A stretch of DNA of 64,000 nt, taken from positions 4,334 to 68,333 of the forward strand of contig JAAOMT010000366.1 of assembly GCA_016748015.1 (NCBI GenBank), in the 5' to 3' direction. Position numbers and translations under genes: made by a program. This document shows, one piece after another, positions 53,280 through 64,000 of this stretch. Within the stretch, counting starts at the first letter, position 1. Each line of letters starts with the position of its first letter. This DNA is from Geosiphon pyriformis uo1. Its lineage: Eukaryota; Fungi; Glomeromycota. The notes beneath the pieces are model-generated. The model was not told where the DNA came from and did not search any database. It saw nothing but the letters and a program-made list of their open reading frames with translations.

Positions 53280-54613
53280 ATGAAATTTCTTTTAAGTTTT
53301 TGGTATTTAATCATTTTGAAGTTATTTCATATAAGGATAATTTTCATACCAAACTTTAAAACAATACCAGACGCAAACTTTTCCGAATATTTTTCAACCA
53401 AAGAGATAAATCTCAGCTCTCAAAAGGATTCTTTAAACATTACTAAACAGCAAAAAAGGTCTATATTCGTTCCAGATCCAAACTTTCAAAAAATTTTAGT
53501 TAAAGATCAAGACCTTCTCAGGATGCTAGCCAATAATGCTTACTATGCAAGACAAGCTGCATGTCTCAAAGATAATAGCGAGCGTCTAACGTTGCGCTTT
53601 TTTGGTGAAATAACAATTTTCTTTTTTGAAAAGTTAAAATGTATAAATGTTATACTTAACAACTTTAAATTTTAGTGGGAATGCCAAAAAGTTAAAACCC
53701 AACTCCAAAACCATATGAGCAAGTAATTCTGACGTTCCAATCTCAAGAAAGAGTATATGTTAATTGGAAATCGCAAAAATCAGATTCGATTCCTTATCCT
53801 AATATAAAAGATGCCTTAGTAGATGGATATCATTTTCAAATATGGTTAAGGTCCAAAGAAATTTTTTGGAAAAAGATGAAAAATTTGAACTTGAGATTCA
53901 AATCTGGTTTCCACTTTGCTAAAAAATATTTTACATTCACTGGTTTCGGGAGAGCGGGTAGTAAGTTATTAATTATAAAATTAATATTATGTTTTGTTTA
54001 CTGTATATGCATTTTTTTTAAAAGAAAATTTTATTTTAGTAATTGCAGTATATGCAGCATTAGAGTTTGGTAATGCAAATAGAATTAAGCCAACAGTTGT
54101 CACATTTGGCCAGCCACGAATGGGAAATAGGAAATTTGTCGAATTTGTAGCAACTCAAATTACTCTTTATCGTGTCACATACCGTGATGATTATACTCCA
54201 AGTCTTCCAACATATGGTTATACTTCAAATAGAATTGCAGTTGAATATTTGCCATTAAGTGGCGAATATTGGATTCCATTTCAAGACCAATGTGAATGCT
54301 CTCCTCTTTTCCCAGAAGCTTCTCATATAAATCAGAAAATAAATTTTCCATCTGTATATAAATGTTATCAAGTTGGGACATTAAATGCACATCCGGTGAG
54401 TAGATTTTTGAGAACTGAGGTGTCTCTAAAATTTATTAGCTTAAATTTTTTTGTTTTTATACTTGTAAGGATTGTAATGGAAATTGGATACAACGCACAA
54501 GAAGTGAACATCGAACGACAAAAAAAAAGGAAAATGATGACCATTTCGGACCCTATTTTGGATACATGATGGGAAAATGCCCTTCAGAATCAACTGATAT
54601 TAGTACATTGTAA
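53280..54613 (+). pseudogene. Lipase-like E (GFGRAG type) with a single premature stop
   Basis: Exons 53280-53604, 53676-53960, 54040-54395 and 54470-54613 stay in frame. The only lesion found is TAA at 53693-95, where A and B have TTA. RDDYTP and DHFGPYFGYMMGKCP are retained. Confidence 0.85.
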
Positions 54614-54999
54614 GGAACAGTTCAAAATTTTGAACATGACCACTTTTTGTTAACCTCTGGGTATTTTGAAAATTAAACTGATTAACAATTATTATAGAAA
54701 AATAAATTCATGCTTTATTTGCAGTTTTATACAATCTTTTATAAATTTTTGATTATTGTTTTAGCAGAAAAAGAACTTGATGAAACAGCTTAACATTTTT
54801 GTCGGAATCGCCATTTTGTTACCAAATATTAAACTTTGATAAATTTTTTCTTATTCTTTCCATTATATTAAGCTGTTATTATTGTAAATTAATAAAAAAA
54901 CAAAGATTTATTATTTATATCAAGAAGATACCAGAATTAAAAATTTCACAATTAATTGCAATTTACAATTTATTGTTTTTATTAATTCCTTATTAATTA

Positions 55000-57900
55000 A
55001 TCAATTAATTAATTATTAATTAAATCTTAAATTAATTTTAAATTATAAAATATTTTTTATTATTTGTTAACTAAAAATAATTTCATTTAAAAAGCTATAA
55101 AATTATAAAGAATTTATGACAAACCAATTATTATAATATTAGAAATTTAAAAAAAACTGATGTTTTAATTTACTTGTATAAAAATATTATTACAAACAAA
55201 ATTTTCACATAATAAATTGGAGTAATTAATTTCATATTATTTCAATTATGTATAAGCTATTATTGTTATATATTTTAGCTATTCTATTTTTAAAATTAAT
55301 TGTTAACTTGTTTATTTAATTTAATTATATGGTTTTTATTAATTTTATAAGCCAAATTTTTAAACTTATTTCATCTTATTTATTATTTAATTATATAAAA
55401 CTTCAATTAAAATATAAGTTTATTCAGATTTTTTACAATAATACTTTTGAATTTGATTTTATTAATTAAATTGTTTATATATTCAATTTTATTTTTTTAT
55501 TTTATATTGTATTTGGTTAATTTTTTGCTATTTTTTTCTAATTGTTAATATAATGACTAATTATACAACATTAGTGTTTAATGATAATAAAATATTGAAC
55601 ACAATATTATTCTTTTCAAAAAATTTAAGCTTTGATAAAATAAAATTTTTAAATTTTTTTATTAAATTCTATCCTTTTTTTTAATTTATTAACTCTAAAT
55701 TTGTAATTTAAAATAAAATAATTTATTCCTTTATAAAATCGTTAAATTTCAAAATGATCAATTAAATTTTTGAAATTGTTTTCTTTTGAAACTTTATAAT
55801 ATTAATAAATTTGTATTGTTTTCTATATAAAAGCTTTTTAGCAATAAGTAATTTTTAATTGTAATAAAAGATAAAAACATTTTGATAGTTTTATATTTAT
55901 TTAGAAATTTGTTATTTTATTGTCAATTTGTTATATTTTGTAATATTTTATTAAAATTAATAACAAAGTAAATTTCAATTGTATTTGGTATTATAATATT
56001 TTATTTAATTATTATTTAAATTTTAAAATTATTTTTTTTAGTAATTATAAAGATTGGTAAAAGTTTTTGTTAAGTAAATTGTTTTTTACGTTAAATAAAA
56101 ATACTTTTATTTTAAAATTTAAGCTTTTTAATTATGTTTGTTTTTTTGTTGTTATTTTTTAATTAATATTAATAGTATTATAACAATAAATAACCAGTTA
56201 AGTAATTTATAATAATTTTAATTGTGTTTTATAAACAAATTAATTAGTGAAAATATTTTATATTAATTTTATAATATATTATTACAGATTAAAACAATAT
56301 TTTGAAAAACTTTTTTTAAATAATAATTTTTTAAATATTTATATAACATATAATTTTTTTTATATTTAAAATTGGCTTTTAAAACAGTATATTTATTAAT
56401 TGTATAAGCTTTTTTATTTTAAATTTAGACAAATTAGAAAAAATATTTTTTGGTAATAAAAATATTTATTTCAAATTTTTAAATACACAATTGTGTTTTT
56501 TAAATTAATAATTAATTTAAAAAAATAAATATATGTTTTATTTAATAATAATATTTAATTAATACTAAAATTTAAAGTACTTTAAAATTTTACTTTAATT
56601 AAAAAAATCTATTTATTCTTGATTTTTTGTATAAATTTAGGTTTTATGTTAATAAATAAATAATGCTTTAAATAAATAAAACAAATATTTTTTATTTTTT
56701 ATTTAATATGTAAAGCTCAATTATTATTTAATATAATATAATTATAATATAAGTCCAAAATTAAATATAACTTATATATTTTTTAAATATATTCAAACAC
56801 AATTTTAATTCAGATTAAATTACATTAATTTTAAAAAAAAAACATATTTTAAAAAGATATTTTGTGTATATATATTATTAAAATACTACTATTTTAAATT
56901 ATTTTACTTAATTATTTAATAAATAAAATTTAATTGCTAATTAGTACATAAAAACAGATTAAATGTTTTTAAATAAATACAAATTATGTATTTTTTACAT
57001 ATAACTAGTTTTTTAGACCAATTAAAACAATATTACATAATTATATACACTATTTTATTTCTGTTTAAATTTAAAAAAACATGATTTATATAAACCAAAA
57101 TTAATTGCAAAAACTTTAATAATATCAAACATATAAATTATTCTGTTTAAAAATATAATAAAATATTATTATTATTTATTAATTTAATTTTTTCTATTGT
57201 TGTTTTAAATTTAAATCTGTATAGCCAAATTTTATTTTTGTAATATGTAATTAATAAATAAATAAAAATTATTAAAATTTTATCTACTTTTTTTGTTTTT
57301 TTAAAAACCAAAACAGTTTTATTATATTAATTCTTTAAAATTATGTTTTTGTAAAAAACATTATATAGATTATTATTAAAAATACTAAAAATATTTATGA
57401 ATATTTTTATTTATTAAACATGCAAAAACATGATTAAATAATTTTATTTTAATGTAATACAAATATTAAATACTTAAATAAAGCTTGTTATAAATTTGTT
57501 TTTTGATTATTATTAATAATTTTATATAAATAGCTTTTATTAAATATGTATATAAGTTAACTAAAAGCTTATTTGTAAATTAAAAAGCATGTAAAATCAA
57601 AATATTATATCTTTAATATATAAATTTCAATTTATATTTTAAATAAATAAACTGTTTACTATTTTTAAACTAAAATTAAATTTTTAATAAATATATTGTA
57701 TTAATTTATATATATTTTTAATAAAATACTAAAAATTTCAAAAATAATATAATTATTTACCAAAATATACTGCTTTTATAAAGACACAAAAAAACACAGA
57801 ATAAAAAAACCACTTTATTTACAAACATATTTGTTTTCTTGTTCTTTTCAATTTTAAAATATTTTTTAATTTTAAACCAAATAATTAAAATATTTTTATT

Positions 57901-59150
57901 ATTTAACAAATTGGCTATATGTTGTTTTTTAATTCAATAATAATAATAAAAGTCAGATATAATCAAAAAATTTTTAGCACTATAAATATTTAAATTATTT
58001 AATTATTAAAATAAATTATTACTATATTAAAAATTAATATATTAAAAAACTAAAACTATAATCTGTAATTTACTTAGTATTAATAAAATTAGATTTTAAA
58101 TACTAATTTTTATTTTAAATTTAATTTAGCAAAATAAGCTGTCATATTATAAACAATCTTTGGTAAATTTAATTTTTTAATAATTTATATATAAAAACAT
58201 TTATAATATTAAAATTTACTTTATGTAATTTTTTTTGTAATAATCTAAAATCATTTAAACTGCAAACATCTTACAAAAAAAGTCAAAAACTACACAAAAA
58301 AAACTATAACAAAGGTATTTATATGTATAAATTTAGTAATTAATTTAAAGCAATAAAATATAAAGTCTTTTAAATCTAATTTTTTTTATTTGTAAAATAT
58401 TTTTTAATTAATAAAATTGTTTTTTTTTTATAAAAATTTGTTTTTAAGAGCTATTTTAAACTGTTTTAACAAATAAACTACTTCATAATAGAATAATATA
58501 TTTAAAATATTAAACATTGAAAATTTATTAGAGTTACAAAAAACATTAAATTATTTTTTAATTTATACTTATTTAAACAATTTTAAGTTATATAAAAAAA
58601 TATAAGACTTTAATTAATAAGTTTTCAAACAAATTAGTTTTAAGTTTTAATTTTTTTTTTTGATTATAATATTTTATTTATAATGAATACTTTTTAAAAT
58701 AAAACTAAACTAAAAGATTTATTTAATAATAAACTACAAAATAACTACTACTAAATACATAAATTATTTATATTAAATTGTTTTTTTAATACCAAATTTA
58801 AAAAAAATTTAATATTTAAGTAAATTTTAGCCAAACTAAATTTTAAAAAACTTTTAAAAATAAAAAAATATTTAAATATTTATAAAATTTCCTCTTTTTT
58901 GCAATAAAAATTGGTAAATTACTATTAAATAAAATAATTTTTTTAATATTTTAATTGATTAAAATAGCTAATGTTTTATTATTATTAATTAAAATATTAT
59001 TAATATTAAAAAATTTGTTTGTAATTTTAAAATATATTAAATAAAAAATTAGTTAATTATTATTTAATTAAATTATTTTTTTTATTACTATTTTAATAAG
59101 TAAAGTTCAATTGTTATCTAATACATAAAACAAAACTAAATGGTTTAAAC
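55000..59150. repeat. Extremely AT-rich decayed repeat tract, family not assignable
   Basis: Almost no CpG, no ORFs, same compositional texture as the decodable LINE relics. Confidence 0.45.
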
Positions 59151-59199
59151 TAAATATAATTCATGTTTTTACAATATATAACTAATTACTCAGACCAAC

Positions 59200-62100
59200 A
59201 AAACAATACTTAATACTTATATTAATATATATATTATTATTTAAACCAGAAAAAAAAGAACACAGCTTGTATTTACCAAAACTAACTGCAAAAAATTCTA
59301 TAATATCAAACAATTAAACTATTTTATTAAACAACATAAACATCATATTATAAAACAAAGTTAATACCAAACTATTATTCTTGATCAATTTAGCCTTCTT
59401 TATATCTACTTTATATTTGGATTTTATAAGTTATGTCTTAGTATAATACAATTCTACTAATTGTTTTACATATTTAATAATAATAAAAGCAATCTTTTTT
59501 TTCTTATCAAAAACTATAACAGCTTCTATATACTAGTTTTTTATCACAAATCTCTTGCAAATTATTGCATATAAGTTTATATTTGAAAAACATCTAAAAA
59601 GTGTCTGTAAAATAACAGAAAAAGATAGACTATAAACATTCACCAAAAAAACTTACTGTTTAGAAATCTTTGCCAAAATTTTTTTTCACACACAATTATT
59701 TTTAGCACAAGTAAATATATGATCTGATAACTCTATTTTATTACACAGCAAATACAGCATACTTGAATACACTTTATTATACAATTTTTTTCTAATCACT
59801 ACTGACAATTATCTATGTATTACTTTTATTAAGTATATATACAGATTGGCAGATTTTCTATCAATAAACCCAAAAAATATATGTAAATTAGAGTGTTAAA
59901 TTTTCACAATAGCTAATTAATACATCTTCCTAATTAGTGCATTTGAAATTATATTTTAATTAGAACTAGTTTCTCATTAAATATAACAAATAAATTTGTA
60001 TAAATTGTAAACAAAATAACAAATATTATCAGATATAACTGTGTTTTAAACTATTCTAAAACATTTATGCATTTCAGTCAGCAAAAAAAAGAAAAGTAAG
60101 CAGTCTTGTTTGTTATTATATTAGTGTAAATATTGCCTGAAATTTCCAAATAACTTTTAATTTTCATCTAATTAATAAAAAGATTCTTATCTTTGATCAA
60201 ATTAACAATATACTTTTTTTTATCCAGTATTGATTATAAAAGTCCAGTGTAATAAACAAAATATTAGTCATATATGTATTAATAGCAGCTTGACTATTTA
60301 AATACAAGACCAGCATACAGAAAAATAAAACATATTCTAAAAACAAAATAATAGTCTGTAATTTAACTATTGTAAATAACAAAATTTTATACATCTTAAT
60401 ATTAATACTCATATTTACAATAAAAAAATAAACTGCTGCTTTACTAATAATTTCAATAGAATCCAGCATATTTTAAAAACCTATCTATATAAACTTTAAT
60501 AAAATTAGATTAAATTTTATGTAAACACTTTTATATATCAGAAAATTTTTTATAATTCAGAATATTTAAGTTATATAAACCACTAATATTAACAAAATTA
60601 ACCACTAAAAAACTTTTATCATCCAAAAACTTTAATGTCAACTTGAATCAGTAAAATATGAAGCCTTTAGGATCTAATTTTTTTTATTAACAAAACATCT
60701 TCTAATTTATTATATTATCTTTTTTGTTCAAAAATTTGTTATTAAACACAATTTTAAACTACTTTAAAAAATAAAAAAAACTATAGTACATGATTTTTCT
60801 TAAGATATCTAACATTAAAAATCTACTAAGACTATAAAATATATTGAACAAATTGTTTATTAAGAATAAATTATTGTTCAGAAAAATTTTTATCATTCCA
60901 ACCAAAAAATTATTTACAGAACTAACATATAACTTAACAAAAAACTGCAAAAAATTCAAAGAAGCTTACTCCAAAATCTGTAAATCCAAAAATTTTTAAT
61001 CAAATAAATGTCTAAGAATATCTAAAACATTAAAAAAGATAAATAAAAAAGCCAACTTTTCTTTAAACTATATTTGCTTAAAAAGTTTCAAATTATATAA
61101 AAAGAGATTATATAAAGCTTTATTCAAAATAACTTTGTAAAAAAACTATTCTAAAATACTTTTTATTATTTATTTTTTGTCAAAGCAAAAATTTTTCATA
61201 CACTGTTTAATAGTCTTCCTAATTGTTATATTCTCTAATATCTTTAATTTCTTCATAATTTTGGCAATAAGCAATTTCAATTTGAAAAATTTCAATAATT
61301 GTTTGTTCTTTAAGTAATTATATTTACTATAACAATATCTAGAAAACATTATATTAGCAGACTATTCTATAATCTTTCTTAATACTTTCCATATTGTTTC
61401 TAAATTATCACTATTTTTTGTTTTTCTAATCATATTTAATACTACTAACAGTTCATTAAAAAAACACTTCTTAAATTTTACTTATTTGATCTTATCTGCA
61501 TTTTTTATTTTGAACTTCCATTGATTTTTATTGGCCTGCTTGCAAATGCTATTAAGACAAATATTTAAAAGCTATCTAAACAAACTAAAATTAAAACTGT
61601 TTTGTAATTCATATTAAAAAACTCAAACACATTATTAACTTTGTGGTCTATAACTGCAGAATCTAAGTTTTTATTCACAAATACAAAATTTATTACTTTT
61701 TCAACACCTCTAAAATTGTTTTAAGTAGAATTTTTAACTAATAAATACCTATTAAATAAATAAATTAAACTCATATTCAAGCAAAATTTGAAACTTACAC
61801 TTTTTTTGAATTTGTTTTTATTGAAATTCTTATTCAAAACCACAAAAGTGCTAAAATTAATTGTTTTGGTCATAAAAAAATTGATTTTCAATGTCTGCTC
61901 AAATCTAGTCTTAAAAAAAACACCAGTATACAACCCCAAAACTATAACTGAAAGCTTATTTTTAAACAAAAATTAAATTAAAATAATTTTGTTTAGAATT
62001 TTATCAATTTTTGAAACATAATAAATCAAAAAACTGTTTATAATAATTGTCATACTAGTACTAAAAAAATTTATATTTAGAATAAACATAAAAATTCAAA

Positions 62101-64000
62101 TCTCATCAAACTTATTCATAATTCATGACCTAATATTAAATCTTAATTTTGTTTTTATAATAATAGAAATTATGTTATTCAAGTCTATATGCTAATAAAC
62201 AATATTATTTTGTTTAACAGAAACATTAATACCATAAATATTATACATAGCAATTTTCTAGATCAGATTAGTTATTGTTAAATAAAAGTGTCTAAACCCA
62301 AACTTTTATTTTTTATTTTGATCAGCAAACTTATAACCATTTTTAACAGATTGTTTATATTGTTTTCCAATTTAGAAATGATTGACAGATTAAAAAATTC
62401 TGTTTCTATAATAGTTTTATTACTAATAGTTATATTTGAACTCTTATTTATTATTGTATTTGTCTCTTAATTCTGTAATAAAAAGATTATTAACAACTAA
62501 CATTCAGAATTAAACTGGAAAATTATTGGTTCAAGTGTGTTTACCCTCTTAGCTAACTTATTAACTTGCTTTGCAAGATTAATAAAACTGTATTCAAAAG
62601 CAGCAATTTTCTTACTTATTTTTAATATAATTAACAGAAAAAGTTTTTTTTTTGAGAAAAAGCCAACTTTTAAGAAACTATTTTGCACAAAAAAAGAAAG
62701 AAACAAAAAACTACTAACAACTTAAGTCTAAGTTTTTTTATTAAATAAAATTGAATGAGCAATTAGCATTTGTTTTTTTTTTATATATTTGCTAAACAAA
62801 TTTGATTCTAAAAATTAACCACTCTTTTATTATAACTAACTAGATTTCTACTTACTGAGCACATACCAAAAACATGATTTAATTGTTTATATTAAGCATA
62901 ACAGACCAAAAAAAAACCAGTCTGCTGCAAATTTACATTCTTAAAAATTGGAGCAGAATTAACAATAGTATTCTTTAATACTTTATTAACAAAACTAATC
63001 ACAGTATATTTGTTATATATATAAGAACTCAAATTATAACCAATAGAGCAAATTTTTTTATTATAAGATACTAATAGATTAAAGAAATTATAAACATTTA
63101 TTCTAACTAGTAAAGTATAAAGCAAAGCTTAATAATAATTTCTAACTATTTATATTTATTTTTTATTAATAGTCAATATCATATGTACAAAAATTTTTCT
63201 TATAAAAACTAATTATTTAAATATAACTAAACCAGTAATTTCAAATAATTCAAACTTTATTAAAGTTTTTTGCCAAAGACTAATAAGTTGTATTTTAATT
63301 GATATTACTTTGCCAAATTTAGAAAAACTAATTCCATAATTAATTTAAGAATATCTATTAGAATTTTTTTAATGATTATTTCTTAATTTGTATAACTGTT
63401 TATTTTTCTAACATTATTATTAATCAGAATTTTTTTACAGATTGCTATTTTTTTAGCCTTTTTTAAGTTCTATTCAGATATAAAAAATAACTTAATAATT
63501 CCTAAAAATTTTGAGAGAGTGAAAATCATCAATACAATAATATTTTTTTTTTATAATTATTAACTTATCTTCAGAAGTTTTTTCAAGCATAGCAGAAAGT
63601 TTAATATCCAAAGCAAAAAAATTTACAACTTTAAAATTTTGTTTTTTTAAAACATATGATCTAATCAATGGCAATTGCTTAAAGCCAACAAACTTAGAAG
63701 ATAAAAGCACTAAAACATTGTTATTATTATTCAAATTGTTAAATAAAGGTGTTGTTAATAGATAATTTAACACATATATTTAAATGTAAATCTTTCTTAG
63801 TATGATTTTATTTATATTTTCATTGCTTATAGAAGTGTCTAAATCTGTATAATTGATTTTTTTTGTAATTGTGTTTTTTATATTTTTTATATTCAAGAGA
63901 TTACTAATACTATTTACTATACTACTAATATTGCTCTTTTAAAATACTACAGATTTAATATTAAAGCTTCCAAAATCTACTAAATTTAAAAAATTAGCAG
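59200..64000 (-). mobile_element. Hypermutated LINE: ORF1 + AP endonuclease + RNase H + CCHC finger, RT domain missing
   Basis: In order on the minus strand: ORF1 (about 64000-62300); APE relics IAMYNIYG (NVRG), IKTK (ETK), LNKNFN (GDFN), INFVF (IDF), MNY (xDH); RNase H relics VYIDRFL (YTDGS), KLQTIILFL (ELxAIxxAL), NSQAA (DSQAA), *MKIKSYLEISGN (WxKVKGHSGxxGN); finger YLLCNKIELSDHIFTC. Confidence 0.85.

Noticed and set aside
61520-61660. Gypsy RNase H (IAFASR) or MULE transposase motif
   Set aside because: It lies colinearly at the end of the LINE AP-endonuclease relic, just after a probable frameshift; the resemblance is coincidental.
60197-63773. Hydrophobic Ile/Leu/Phe/Asn/Lys-rich ORFs as membrane or mitochondrial (NUMT) proteins
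   Set aside because: They decode as transition-mutated LINE ORF1/ORF2 segments, or their antisense frames.

Overview
Very AT-rich, intron-containing eukaryotic DNA, most likely a Glomeromycota fungus. This is inferred from the TKL-kinase/SEL1 relics, a Crinkler-type nuclease-kinase gene, an RNase H-bearing LINE family and expanded class-3 lipases; from recollection the combination resembles Geosiphon-like genomes, but I could not verify this. Most of the window is decayed transposon sequence: Tc1/mariner, pogo, PIF/Harbinger MITE, LINE and probable LTR relics, several driven to extreme AT by C>T/G>A changes. Genes I could reconstruct exon by exon: (i) five 4-exon class-3 lipase paralogs plus orphan exons, where only one copy keeps the catalytic Ser (GYSQGG) and the other four have Gly-Arg at the nucleophile elbow (GFGRAG/AFGRGG) while keeping Asp and His; (ii) an intact 573-aa coiled-coil + PD-(D/E)XK nuclease + kinase gene in a GC/CpG-rich island; (iii) a 43-aa ORF too short for the ORF track (49372-49241, minus) that ends in CSIM and looks like an a-factor/basidiomycete-type lipopeptide pheromone precursor, the top candidate for a new system. 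Next to an assembly gap lie a 68-bp repeat, a 28S rRNA fragment from the R2/R4/R1 target region, a 14 x 40-bp array and a young 606-bp Tc1 deletion derivative. All calls are by eye, without database searches.
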